A DNA stretch of 62,615 nt, filler included, from Choristocarpus tenellus KU-1152 (lineage: Eukaryota > Protista > Phaeophyceae): NCBI GenBank assembly GCA_964200185.2. It is 10 parts of 10 records of this genome, joined end to end, with 100 filler letters (N's around TTAATTAATTAA, not from the genome) between each part and the next. Parts side by side here need not be neighbours in the genome. Positions count along the whole stretch, not along the records: positions 23,706 to 26,869 come from CAXNAD020021840.1; positions 26,970 to 30,127 come from CAXNAD020021883.1; positions 30,228 to 33,855 come from CAXNAD020018869.1; positions 33,956 to 38,217 come from CAXNAD020015420.1; positions 38,318 to 43,168 come from CAXNAD020012795.1; 5 more parts are not named here. One strand, given 5' to 3'. The notes beneath the pieces are model-generated. The model was given only the letters and a program-made list of their open reading frames with translations. It did not search any database and was not told the origin of the DNA. Every line of letters starts with the position of its first letter. Positions within the stretch are counted from its first letter, which is position 1. A program made the position numbers and the translations under genes. Below are positions 25,037-38,405 of the stretch, piece by piece.

Positions 25037-25779
25037 CGAACCCGGAGATAAAGTGTGACTTCACAAACGACATACCTCAGCTGATGCACCAAATCCCAAG
25101 TTGTTGTTCCCATGGAGAGGACGTTATGAAGTGAAGGCACGTATATAACACCTGTTGAATATCGCGTAAAACGCTTGGAAGATCGACGGGAAGTGACAAT
25201 TCATGTGGCCAGACTTAAACCCTACAAGGAGGGTAAAGCCACTGAGCCAGATATAGATGCCCTTAATTCACTCTTTTTAGGCCGGATATTGCCAGATTGG
25301 ATCTTAAAATGTAGAGGGCATTGTTGATCATAAACGTGGGGTAGGAAGAAAGATCACCCGCGATTATTTGTACCAGCTTCGCTTTCAAGGATATTCACCG
25401 GCCAGTGATGTATGACGTAGACCCGCTGAGATACATGAATGTGCAGAGATGATCGCAGCCTACAGGGATGAGCACAAGTTGGACCTCCCTAATGTAAGAG
25501 CCACTGACCAAGCGGCTTGTCATAATCAAAAGACACCTGCCACTACAACAGCCGAAGAACTTGTAGTAACACCAACCGGACGTCCACCTAATAGCAACCA
25601 ATACTCCTCTAATACTTGTGACACCCCTCCTTGTGGACCGGAAAGTGCGATGAATTCCTCGATTCTAGTGGGTTGCCGGCCTGGTGAATTGCCACCAGAT
25701 TCCACAGGTAGAGAAGGTGTTTCTTTTTCACTACCAAGATGGCGGAAGCGACGCCGATAGATTCTTGAAGACCATACCC

Positions 25780-26722
25780 AGGCTTGGTCCGGGTGGTATT
25801 TTCAGGGCTGATCTAGTTAGCGATTTGAGTCTCGCAAAGTAGAAAGACTACTCTCATCCGGAAAGAAGCACAGGTTGGTCCTATCTGCGAGAAGCATGCA
25901 TACCTTTCAAAATATTATTTACCTCAGGTATAATATTTTACTTCATTATTTCTTTTTAACAATTGTTGCACATATAATAAAAAAAATTAACAGTCCAACT
26001 TACTGTTGTCCAAGCACCTTGGAGGTAAGTTGTTGAAGAAGAGGTGATAGTAATGGATAATGAGTCTTCCAACCACCCTTGACACTATTCCCATAACATT
26101 CCCCAATATATGACTTGATATACCAAAGCCGTCCGTGATGATACAGAGCTTCATCCACTCAGACCCCGGGAGACATGTAGGAGACAGGCTGGTCCGCGTC
26201 TTTTTTCTCACTGCGCTTTACACCCATTAACACAGATTTCGCTTGGACTGAGGTGATATTTAAAGCTGATCTATTAGACGACTTTAGAATGGTGGAGTGG
26301 AAGGATTGCTCTTATCCGGAGACAGCAATACAGAGTGACTCCACCTGTGAGAAGCATGCATATATTATTCTGATAGAAATATTATTTACCACGGGTATAC
26401 TATTTAAATTATTTTAACAAATGCGCATATAACATTTAAAGTTCATCTTTTTCTGGTTGTCCAAGCACCTTGGAGGCAAGTTGTTGAACAAAGACGTGAT
26501 AGTAAGGGATGATGAGTTTTACCCACCCTTGACACTATCCCCACAATACTCCCCAATAGACGATTTGATGTACCAAAGCTGTGGTGATACTGAGCTTCAT
26601 TTCCTCAGATCCCCAGGAGGCACGTAGGAGACAGGCAGGTTCGTACCATTTTTCTCACTGTGCTTTCCACCCGTTAACACAGATTTCACTTGGACTAGAG
26701 TGCGACCTAGGGCTGATCACTA
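25780..26722. repeat. Diverged tandem duplication, ~460-bp period
   Basis: GAGAAGCATGCA at 25889 and 26349; TTGTCCAAGCACCTTGGAGG, CCACCCTTGACACTAT and TTAACACAGATTTC each occur twice. Confidence 0.8.
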
Positions 26723-26869
26723 CTAGTGCTCCACCTTTAATTTTTTTTTACCCTGAGTTGATGCAAACAGGATGTTCAATTTGTTTTTCCTCCCAAAGAT
26801 GGATCTGTCCGACATGAAGTGCTGGCCAGCCACTTTTGTGTTCGTGTCGGATAGTATCCACACTGGGGG

Positions 26870-26969
26870 NNNNNNNNNNNNNNNNNNNNNNNNNNNNNNN
26901 NNNNNNNNNNNNNTTAATTAATTAANNNNNNNNNNNNNNNNNNNNNNNNNNNNNNNNNNNNNNNNNNNN
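26870..26969. other. Artificial contig linker
   Basis: N44-TTAATTAATTAA-N44. Confidence 0.98.
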
Positions 26970-27289
<320 letters not shown>

Positions 27290-29562
27290 TCATTGGGCAG
27301 CCGTGTCTAGGTCAATGATACGACATGATGCGAAAATTGTGGACTTAAATGTAATATGTTGGTTGTGTACATTTGAAAAACTACCACGACACAAGAACAA
27401 ACTTGAACTACGCGGAGCTCGACTTCATATTCTTCTTCGGTAGATCATTGCTGGGATATCTGGATAAATGGCGTGACCTAGGAGATGTGAATGATGATAT
27501 GAAAGTGTTGTGTATAGATACATACAGTTGGAAACCCAATATAAGAGGAACTGAGGTTTGGGGCGTTTTACATCCAAAAGAAGTGTTTTATCGCTTGCAA
27601 TCCACCCTGATTTCTATGGATGAAGCACTAAGATGACTTGAAGCGTAGATTTCTCTATTGGTTGGAACTTTCCAACAGAATGCAGAAACGTCCCTACACA
27701 CATTAGTACAAATATGTCGAATTTTGAGCATGTATTTGTATTGTCCTTGAAATGCAATCCGGCCTACCTCTCGTTGACTTGTTCAAGACATGGTCTATAC
27801 TACTGCTATCCGTGGACATCATTGTCAAAGTTGATGATCGTCTTCAAGACGATTCACAACTGAGGTCCAGTCTGTACATAAAATGTCCCTGAAGAAGTCA
27901 AATTGTGTTTGAACAGCAAATAAGATATGGTAACGTATATGATTGTAAGTAGTAATCATAAAATTTCAAGGAACTAAAGAGAGCCTATCCCATCTTATTT
28001 TATCTCCTAGGTTATGTATTATCTGGAATTTAAAAATGGATGCTATAGATTGAGGTCATCATGTATTCCAAAGTTTTTTGTGTCAGCATGTACATTCTTT
28101 TGAAGTCTTTCGTTTCATTTCAAGTACAAACATTCTGCCACCTTGAAAAGTTTGCTCTTAGAGAGCCACCAACATCTCTTACACTACTAGTGTTGTTAGG
28201 ACACATTCGCCAACCATGTAATCCACAGGTATTTGAATTGTATTGTGTGAGAAGCACATGGGGCAAAGCGAGCTTTGCATGGCTGCATTGCCAAGCAGTA
28301 TGCAGGGCAGCAATGCAAAAGACTCCTCAACTGGTGAGTGATAAAGTATTCCACAGATACTTTCATCTGCTTACACTTTTCTACCACAAGATACACATTT
28401 AAAGTCATGGCTTTCACATCTATCATATAAATGTGTGTGTGTGTGTTTGTTAGGGAGAAGAGATCAAAAATTTTCAAGAGAATGGCATCAGATGTTGCAT
28501 CACTTCTGTTGATGTATGTATGTGTGACGGCATAGTCCTACCTCGGTCTTCTGGTGATATCCTTTCTCTGTTCCTACTTTGGTCTCTCTCTCTGACCGTG
28601 TGTTCCACTGTCCCACATCACCAGCAGCTGAACTCCCCCCACACTTGCAATGGGGCTCTTTTAAACCCCGTGTGTCATCTGTATGGAAGGATGGGAAGTT
28701 CGTAGATGTAGCACAGACCATGGATAGGGACATGTGCTGAAAGGGCATTCATGCATGACTATGCAAAAGTAAGGTTGATGTAGTCGTAGGGTCTTGGGGT
28801 AACACATCGACTTTTGAAATGATCGCAGTACTCTAACATAACATTCCCCTTTTAAATCGGCTCAAAACATGTACAAAAACAATATTTTGCCATGAAGTGC
28901 TGGTGATGGTGGGGATTGTGGGCGTCATAGATGTGGTAAGGTTATGGAATGTGACCCCATAAAACAAACGTTTTTTAAATCCGAGCTTTCCCCCTCCTCT
29001 AACTATCTGTGGGTATCAGTGGATAATACCAAATTTCTTGACATGATCTAACGTTCCTGTTATCCATGTGAGTGTCTGTTTCACCCTTCTTCAATAGAGG
29101 TAGTAGAGACATAGTATTCCTGACACAAAACCAGGACAACATTTACATACATGTTGCACCTTCCAATCACACTTGTCTCAATTTCGTTGACTCCTGCAAA
29201 ATCACCTCTTCAGCCATCTCATTTCAAGCAGTTCATCATATGCCAGTTCATTTCTTCCTACCTCCTGTAGCAACTACTCAAGGTTCAGGGCTTGCCAGGT
29301 GGATCTTCTTCGGCACCACGTATCTCCCAACTATTTGAGCTGGCCACGCAAAATATACATTGTAGAGTCCCAACAATTACATGCACTTGCACTACCCTTC
29401 AGAACCCCACCCGCACCCAACACAACCTCTTGGGTTGGGTATAAAAAAAACGTGAAGAGGGAAAGATATATCTAGTCAATGCTCCTCACTCCACCGAACT
29501 TCTGTTCAAAATCATTGACCAACAGATGGAGGGATCCAACCATAACAGCCACCACAACAGCA

Positions 29563-29743
29563 GGCTTAAAGGTATCTAGTGTTGCGGTGGCGGCTGTTCA
29601 GTAGAGCCCATTTTTCCATGTCATGGTTTTCGGGAGATTGGGTTGCATTTGGTTGGATGGATATCGTAAGTTTACTTATCCTGGTTAGACTCCAAATGGA
29701 CATCCTGATGTAGATCCCCCTCCCCCCGCAGATACTTTGAGCC
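29563..29743 (-). mobile_element. MITE family B, full copy (~181 bp)
   Basis: GGCTTAAAGGTATCT ... AGATACTTTGAGCC; AGCA on both flanks; reverse-complement similar to 51168-51345. Confidence 0.85.
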
Positions 29744-30127
29744 AGCAGAAACACGTCAACTCCTTAGCAAACATTTCACGTGCGACCAGCCAGGTCTGGT
29801 ATCTGGCCTCCCAATTAAACAACTACGTTTGACAGTGGCTCCATTCTTGACAACATTCAAAGACTTGCTCTCGCTCCCCAACCATGCCCTCTCTACACTG
29901 CCGACACCTATATATTCATCCAGTCATGTTAGCCACAATTATCCTCCATCCCGTCCTCCCTCAATCCCAACACCCACCAAAGTATTACCTGCTTTACAGC
30001 AAATACTATTGCAAGAAAAATTTGTCAGGTTCATCTGCTCGGAAAGATCAGAGCCACGCGTACAAGGCTCAAAATGACTAGTCCTTTCATCGAAAGGGTG
30101 GTGTTGACAAACACCAGCTTCGATGGA

Positions 30128-30227
30128 NNNNNNNNNNNNNNNNNNNNNNNNNNNNNNNNNNNNNNNNNNNNTTAATTAATTAANNNNNNNNNNNNNNNNN
30201 NNNNNNNNNNNNNNNNNNNNNNNNNNN
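30128..30227. other. Artificial contig linker
   Basis: N44-TTAATTAATTAA-N44. Confidence 0.98.
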
Positions 30228-31379
30228 TCGGTCCACTCTCATTGGAAAATCCTTCCCTACCCCCCCCCCGACCCCCTCTTCCTTACAGTAATATTTCCAA
30301 CACTATACCAATTTTTCCAGCATGCCTCTCTTGTCTGTACTGAGCATACATTTGACCAAATCATGGGGTTGAGTGTAGGTACCAAATATTTTTTTCTGTG
30401 GCAATCTCTCCTGTCTGTTGACCATAAATCTTTTTCTCATCCATCTACCAGATGCTATTTTACATTTTATGTTGAGATCAGTATCATAATCTAGTATGTA
30501 TATCTCAAAGGTCCAACCACACTAATCTTCTTTCCAAGTTAAGATATCATCCCAGAATGGACCCATACGTTTTGCTTTTGAAACAGTGTAATTTTGCCAT
30601 ACAGACAGCATCATTAGTGCTTCAAAAACCAAAACAACCTGAAATGTTTCGAAAGCAGGGCTATGCATTGTCATTCTGTTCAAAAGTCCACATGTCTCAC
30701 CACTTCTAGAACCACAAAACCGACAGCTACAACAACAACGACATTAGCAATTCTAGTAAAAAAATATAGTAATTGTCCAAGTGAAGGCAACAATGATAGT
30801 ATGAACAACCTTACTATATGTATAATGTACTGAGTATATAATATCAAGAATGGTATCACTCCTAAACCCAACCCTACCCTTTGTTTGACGGGAAGCAGCT
30901 TTAAATCTCCTATTCTTGGATCCAACACCTATGCTTGCAGTCCATAGCCCTTGCCCTATAACACTCTAAGCCTCAGAGTATACAAACAATACTTCTATGT
31001 GATGCTTACTCTTCCTAATAATCAGACTTCTAGCCTTAGGTAGCACTGTTGATGCCCTGATTAGGTGTGCTGTCCTCCCACTGGCGTGGTTATATCCCAT
31101 TATCGTAATATGTTTTGAGGAGACCTCACTCACACACCCCTCCATTTAATGCAAAAATGTGCTTTAAAAAAAAATCTTAAGTAGTTTTCTTACGAGGGTT
31201 ATGGCATTAGTATTATATGGAAATTGACTCTGCACATGTGCAGATGTTCCCACCAAGTATTGACTAACATCTTCATCTCTCCAATGAAGATAGATCTGTA
31301 GAACAAACCTCAATTTTCAATTCAAATAACATAAACTTGACAATAACGGCAAACACACTAACAAGCCTAATCCAGCGAT

Positions 31380-31639
31380 AACCCAAAGCATTCAAAAGAG
31401 TAGGAGTTTTGCTATGTTTGTCCATTTGGGGCTTGGCTTCCCACGAGTTGTTTTACACCCCTTTTCGGCTTTCGAAACATTTTGGAGTAGGTAAAATGTA
31501 CACAATTATGTAAGGTGTGTCCAGAGCAAGGATATTGACACATGCTGAACAAACAAAATAGCCACAACTCATAAAAATCGGAATATTGGATTTTGGACCT
31601 CAAATGGATGTGGCCTTAATCTTAAAAATGCTTTGACTC
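31380..31639 (-). mobile_element. MITE family A, old degenerate inverted copy
   Basis: TGTTTGTCCATTTGGGGCTTGGCTTCCC...AAACATTTTGGAGTAGGTAAAATG...CTTTGACTC; TIRs eroded. Confidence 0.8.
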
Positions 31640-33855
31640 TATCTTTTCCCTTCCATCCCTAACATTTCCTGGAAAACCGTCAAGTCTCTATCCACAACGG
31701 GATGCTGCTCTTACGAGATTCTAAGGATGGCTACAAAGTCAACGGAATTGGTCCTGGGTCCTATGATGGTATGTCATTCTCCTTTCAAGGACCACTCCTT
31801 GAGAGGAACATAGTATTATCCTTGCTAGCGGTCTGCGTGTCAAATTAAAGATGGTTCTATTGCACTGATTGGTGGCAATCCCACTTGTCAAGAGGTGATG
31901 CAACCTCTTGTTGTAGTCTTGAATTGTCACACGCAATCAAACATTCTTAGGAATGGCCTCACCGAGGTCGAGGGTTTTGGTCAGAAGGCTGTGAAAACAG
32001 TGTTTGAATGGAAATAAAAAAACATTTCCGGTTCCTATTGCTCCTACCCACGACTGGCAATACTATATTGCCCAAACTTTTCATCATGTAGCCGGGCAAG
32101 CTAATGTGCATGCAATGTGCTTGATTATAGAGTAAATGCCATGGATCAAACATTCCTTATCTGTAATATAGCTGATCGAGTTTTGAATAACGTTCCTCTG
32201 TCATCCTTCCTGCTCACCTAACGAGCAGCCTGGACTTCAGTATGGACAAAGGCGTTGTTAGTTGTTTGGCGGCATATACTTCAGCGATCTAGATTTGAGT
32301 AGTACTAGCACCCAGATGGACTGAATATTAGAGTAAGGTCATGTGAGAGAAGCATTTTTCATTAACGGAGGTCAATATTAGAGTAATCAAAACGAGAAGC
32401 AGGATAGAATAAAATGCAAAAATCAGTGTCCATTCGTTACAGCTTCACAGTTGTTAGGAGTGTGGCGGGGTGCCACTGCTACCTCACTCGTGAAGGCTTC
32501 TCCTCCCTAAGCATTAAAAAAATACTAGCCTCTACTTTTTGATTCCTCCTGTCTTTCTGCAGCATATAGCAGTTTTGAACTCTGGGCGTATTTTTTTGTT
32601 ACTTTTTGATATACTTATAGATCTGTCTATACGTTTTGTTTAATCCATTTTCTGCTATTGCTGAAAAATAGATACATTTTTTGTTCTTATCTTTTCGAGT
32701 TTTCCGACTTAAATTCTCACAACTGGGTTAGTCTATGCACCAAGAATGAAGATACCTACTGAGAAAAAATCCTGCTTGAAGCTGAAGCCGTTGATGCTGA
32801 GGTAGACAAGCTACCTGCGTATCGTCTGGTACTCTTGCATTTGCACGCCTTAGAATTGTGTTACAACCAATGAATGCATCCGCTTTTTGTCACCTATGCT
32901 TTGATGGGCACTACATCAGTCAGCCTGCAGCAATCTTCCTGTAGCTACCACACCACAACAGTAAAAATCCTTGACCATAGTTAAAACAAAACCTAAGACA
33001 CTGATCCAATCTTCGTGGGCTTTGAACTCCATTCCTTGCTCTCACCTCCATATTCTTTGTCCAGTCCTCATCTACATCTTGACCCTAACCTTTGCCTTGA
33101 TTCTAATAAGGTCTGTCCAATAAGCACAATCCGATCTTGAAGAAATCATTTAATATCAAGGCACAGAGAAGTCAGCTGCGCCGGGAACGCTCTGCCAGGT
33201 CAGCTGTGTGTTAAGGAATAATCGCATGAATTAATTCTTGGAATAAATTGTAGCAGTATAATGTTGTGGTAACTACAAATAGATCTCTAAGAATGTATGA
33301 TGGCCAAAGAGATCTCAAATGTGCGGAGTTCCTCTTTGGGGTCGTGGCAGTGACCATCACTTCACAAAAAACGGCAATGAACGCTTCAATTCTGCCCTGC
33401 CCACTTGCGACATCAGTTGTTGACCTCTCCCACCATTTGTGTGTGTATCTATATTATGATGATCTATCGAGTTAGGTCCGTGAACTTTTAAGTATTTTAA
33501 CACTTCAAGACGAAAATACCATTTTCGAGTTCTTTTTCAGAAACTTGTCTGCATGCTTCCACGCGCCTTTCCATACTTGGCTGCATTCCAGTGGAATTTC
33601 TTCCTCTCATTGTTGTGATGCTGCTTTCTATCACCGATGGTGGCAAAGGCGGTAATTTTTCTTTTCAACATGTGTTGAGCCCAGAGTCCTGGTGTGCGCG
33701 AAAAAACCGTTACCATATCATTTCTGTGACTGAGGAAATTTTATAGGAACGGTCGATACATGTTTTCTTTGAGCAGAACAAAGTTTTTCCTGTCCTGAAT
33801 AAGACCTCATGCACTCCTTTTTTTCGAGCTCTCTTTTTCTTCCCTTCTGAACCCC

Positions 33856-33955
33856 NNNNNNNNNNNNNNNNNNNNNNNNNNNNNNNNNNNNNNNNNNNNT
33901 TAATTAATTAANNNNNNNNNNNNNNNNNNNNNNNNNNNNNNNNNNNNNNNNNNNN
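33856..33955. other. Artificial contig linker
   Basis: N44-TTAATTAATTAA-N44. Confidence 0.98.
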
Positions 33956-34897
33956 GGAGACAGTGAGGCGGCTGTGGCAGCAGCAGTAGCAGGGTCAGCA
34001 GGTGGGTTGGATGGGAGGCATGGGGATTCTTCTGCACAATACCTGGGACACCTATTTCACAATCCATATGGTGGGCTGGGCACAGCAACTGGGTACATGG
34101 GAGCTGGTGGTGGAGGCAGTAGCAATATGGGTGGAGGTGAGGGTGGGACAGGAGGGATTAGTAGTGCTAGTTCTGTGGCTGGAGTCAACATGGCAGGCGG
34201 TAGACCTGAGGAAGGCTCTCTGTCGCTGTCAGAGGGTGGGGATGGGGGTGGGGGTGGGGGTGGTTCGGGTTCACAGCGATACGGCCCAGCTGCGGGGGAG
34301 TTGAAGGTGGGTCAAATTGGCGGTGGTCAGCAGGGTCGTTTGTTCATGATGGGCAGTGGAGGAGGGGGGACTGCCAGTGGTACTGGTACTGCGAGTGGTG
34401 AGGCTAGAGATTCCTCTTCATTCTACCCTTCTAGTGCTGGTGGTGGTTCAGTTAGGAACGGGGGTCCACCGCCTTCATCATCCCCCCTCAGTGGTGACTT
34501 CAAGGCAGCAGCTGATGCTATCTCCAGGACCAGATCTGTGTCTCCATTGGTGAATACGCTCAGTGGGGGTGGAGGCAACTTTGTAGCGCCTGGACTGCCT
34601 GGTCTAGGTGTCATTCCGAATTTGTCAGGATCTGCGCCCCCTGCTCTGATGTCAGCCCTGGGGGGACTTCCTGCGTCCTCCAGTGGAGGACTGGGTATGC
34701 TGCCTCTGCACTCTACACCATCTGCTGTGCACCCTGTTGGAGTTTCGGGTATGGGATCAGAGGGCGACCAGGATGGTGATGAGGTGAGGGAAGGAGGGGA
34801 AATGGGCAGTAATGGCCATGGGGACGATGGTGGAGACGATGGAGATGGGGGTGATCCCAAGGCTAAGCGAATGCGCATTGAGGAACTGTTGCACTGA
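33956..34897 (+). CDS. 3' terminal exon of a Gly/Ser-rich, probably nuclear protein (5'-partial)
   Basis: Frame open from the contig start for 313 codons; ends DPKAKRMRIEELLH*. Confidence 0.75.
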   Translation, partial: GDSEAAVAAAVAGSAGGLDGRHGDSSAQYLGHLFHNPYGGLGTATGYMGAGGGGSSNMGGGEGGTGGISSASSVAGVNMAGGRPEEGSLSLSEGGDGGGGGGGSGSQRYGPAAGELKVGQIGGGQQGRLFMMGSGGGGTASGTGTASGEARDSSSFYPSSAGGGSVRNGGPPPSSSPLSGDFKAAADAISRTRSVSPLVNTLSGGGGNFVAPGLPGLGVIPNLSGSAPPALMSALGGLPASSSGGLGMLPLHSTPSAVHPVGVSGMGSEGDQDGDEVREGGEMGSNGHGDDGGDDGDGGDPKAKRMRIEELLH

Positions 34898-36695
34898 GGG
34901 GTAAGAGGAGGAAAGGCTTACGGTTGAGGGGTGTGGCGGGAGGGAGAGGGGAATGGGGGTGAGGGGGTTGAACATAATCTGGTGTGATGCAGCATTATGG
35001 CATGTACCCTTGAGCCCAGAGTATTATATGGTGATGTGGTTGGAGTTTGTGTTGGGGCTTGACTTGTGGCTTGTTTGTTGTTGTTGGCTTTCCTGTGAGA
35101 CTCGTGTACACTGTTCTGTAGCAGTCTGCTCAGGTTGCATTTAGGATGTATTTTCCATTTTTTCAGCGACAACAATGTTGTGGATGATCTCGCCGTTCTG
35201 CTTGCTCACTGTCATGCCGTCTCCTACGGCTGACTAGTGGAGCACACCACAAATCTTGCTCATATATTTTTTTTTCCCAGAGGGGCAAGGAAGTTGAGGG
35301 CTGAGGACTAGAAAATGAAAATTGCATTGATAAGCAAGAAGGGACTGGGCTGCGAGGGGGAGAAAAGAGAGATCTTGAAAATGAGGTGGAAATGTCGTTT
35401 TTTATTTTTGTTTTTTTGGGTTGAGTTGTGGCTTTTTTAAAAGAGTGAAGAAGAGAGGTTGCTGCAGTGCTAGCCTTTCTTTCTTCCTCATTAGATCTCT
35501 ATCAGTGTTGTGATTGCCTATTCCTTCAAGTATTTTGTGTTGAAACGCACCCTATATTGGGGTTGTACCATATAGTGGGAAGTATAGTGTGTTGTGGAAG
35601 TGGAGGTTTGTCGTTGAGTGTGGGGTGGTGATCACGGGGGAAGGGTGGAAACGGGCTATTATTGTACTCTATAGGGGAAAGTGGGGAAGATGTGATTGGT
35701 GGTGACTGCCCTGTGGTGGAAGATAGTCTTCAATTTTATGTTTTGATGATGGTCCTTTGATTGCGTGTGGTGTTTTGTGGCTGCTGCACCTTCTATGGGA
35801 CAGGGTTTCTTGTGCTTTAGTCTGGCTGCGTGGGGCGGCTGGTCGGTGTTCTTTGTGGGGGAAAAAAATGTACGGTCTTGTGCCGGGGAAAGGAGGAGGG
35901 GGGCGGGCGGGGGAGGCTGTTGTGGGAACTGCAATCATCGCATGCCCCCAAGGCTGTCATGTCAAGTATCAAAGGGGGCAGTGGTTATGAGACAAGCGTG
36001 TGCTATATAGACTGGTAGATAATCTTGCTATGTTTTTTGGTGGGTCAAGGGAAGCTCGATTTGGAGGGGTAGTGTGCGGTTGGAAGTGGGGGCGGGGGCA
36101 GTGGTAGGGGCAGGGGCAGGGGCAGGGGCGGGGGACGGGGGGCGGGGTAAGTTGGGTTGGGGAGGAGGTCTGAGTTTTGTTGAAGGGAAGCACTCGCGCT
36201 GGCGCACGTACGATCAAACGCATTTGTTTATCAATGTGTTTTCAGCTGGCCGGACAACAGCCTGGCCGTCTGTAAGAGGCTGGAAGTTATGGAGGAGTAA
36301 GGGACCACATTTTTTTTTTTTCAAGGCTTACAGGGTGGAGGGGGCAGGATGGATGTTGTTTACTGCTGTGGAGGACTGCCTGAGCCTACAGGTGGCAAGC
36401 ACAGTATTATATGATTTGGTTTTCTTACGGTTGGGGATTTACGGCCCCTGTGCTTAGTGTGAAGGTTATCGTTCCGTTGTGCTTTAGTAGGTTTTTGTGG
36501 TCTTACGTATGTTTTTTTTGTCTCTCTTATTTGTAGTCGTTGGGGTGTACTGTATTTTGAAGGATAAGGAAAGGAAAAGCAAAGGCTCAAAGACTCGGTG
36601 AAGAATATTACTTTTTGGTGTTTGGTGTTTTGTTGGCGGAGAAAATTCCCTGGGGTATGTTTTGGAAAGAAAATATTTGTGTACGTCGGTGTGTG

Positions 36696-36731
36696 CATGT
36701 TTGCATGTTTGCATGTTTGCATGTTTGCATG
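36696..36731. repeat. (CATGTTTG)n minisatellite
   Basis: Four tandem 8-mers. Confidence 0.85.
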
Positions 36732-38217
36732 TGTCCGTGACCCAAAGGTTTCTGTAAATGTTCTTTTGTGTGACGCACGTTGAAGATGTACAGGGGAATG
36801 AATAAAATGCACCTTGCCTCCCTCTCCACCCGAAAGGGGCGACAGGTTGCAGGCAGGTGGAGGAGGTTGTGAGAACATAGGGAACTTGACGCATTTTATC
36901 TGGGTGTTTATGGCTTGTGATATGCACCGACGTCTTTTTCCGCTTTTGTGTTTGTGAGAATCCCTCCTCCTGGTTGCTGCCTGCCCCAGATGACGCCTGC
37001 CTAACTGTGGCTGGGTAGACTGTCGAAGGCAGCTTAGAAGCAAGCATAATTCCAATGAATACACAAAAAAATAACTTTTTTTTTGAACTGGCTGAGCAGA
37101 CCAAAATGTATCGTTGGGCTTCTATCTTGTTGCTCTCTATGGCGCCGGTGCTGCGGATGGGCCTGATCGACAACCAATAATTTTTGAAGTGGACAGGATG
37201 TGATGGGTAAGGTAGTATACAAGCATGCATAAATGATGTGTGACTTGAGTACACACTCTCCAGAAGTATACAGCCGTTTTCAGGCATGTTCCCGATTATG
37301 AGTTCCCAGTGTGGATGGAGATGTATTTTCTGTTTCAAGTACGCGATGGACTCAGAAGGCCTTCACTGTAGTCAGTGCACACTTCTTTGCAGTTGCCTGT
37401 CTGTGCTGTGTTAAGTGTTTTCCACCTCTAATGTTGGTACTCGTACCCCCTATGACAACATCCGCACAGTCCGATTTACGTATGAAAGACAATATACAAA
37501 GTGACAGTGCACATACAATACACTATACTTTCAATTACTTAGTACAATATAATACATACTGAAAACTACAACAATACATAATATGGTAGGGGGGAGAGGG
37601 ACAGGAGGCTATTATACCAGAAAAAAGGGACTGTCAAATCCTGTCTATGGCAGATACTTTCTGTCACAATGCAAGTAGCCCTATTCAGACGTTTCATGCG
37701 TTTCAAGGTGGAGACGCCAAAGGAGATGGTCAAGGAGGGTTTGTTAGATTTTTGGGATGCTTCCCAAGCCCCTCACCCTGGGGTGCAGGACTGAGCTAGG
37801 TTAGAGGCGTAGGGAGGGGTGTAGCATACCTGGTAGTAAAATAGTAAATAGATAAATGTTTTTCACATTTTTGACAACTGTTAAATTTTTTTTAGGGGTT
37901 GTTCTGACATGTTGTGAATAGTTTTCATTATTTTTTGTCCTGACACATCTCCAACATGTTAGAAGAAGGCATAATAATAAAATAATATGTAAGTGACAGG
38001 TCGCTTTGTTTTGCTCACGAATTCTGGATTATTATTATTAACTTATTCCTTGTTTGCCATTCCCCTATTTTTCCATTCCTTTCCTTCCCCATGTATTCCC
38101 TCTTCTTCTGATCAGCCCATTGTGACCCCTTTGCCACTGGTTTCCTATTTACCCCCCATGATGAGATGACCAATCAATGCGAACCCCTTTAGTCACTGAT
38201 TTCCAGTCACCCCCCCC

Positions 38218-38317
38218 NNNNNNNNNNNNNNNNNNNNNNNNNNNNNNNNNNNNNNNNNNNNTTAATTAATTAANNNNNNNNNNNNNNNNNNNNNNNNNNN
38301 NNNNNNNNNNNNNNNNN
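38218..38317. other. Artificial contig linker
   Basis: N44-TTAATTAATTAA-N44. Confidence 0.98.
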
Positions 38318-38360
38318 CCCACTTCATATCTCCCACACACCCCCCCCCCCCAATTTGTTT

Positions 38361-38405
<45 letters not shown>

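Larger units (their letters stand above)
23794..25470 (+). mobile_element. Degenerate Ty3/Gypsy chromovirus integrase plus chromodomain, interrupted by MITEs
   Basis: RPF*RLAIDLV...YVLSVVDHLTRF...FGPPETLHSDQGKEF...HNTAYNTTVQETPFFLMFGR...YEPGDKV*L; chromodomain VEGIVDHK...YLYQLRFQGYSPASDV* at 25311-25465; stops and frameshifts present. Confidence 0.9.
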
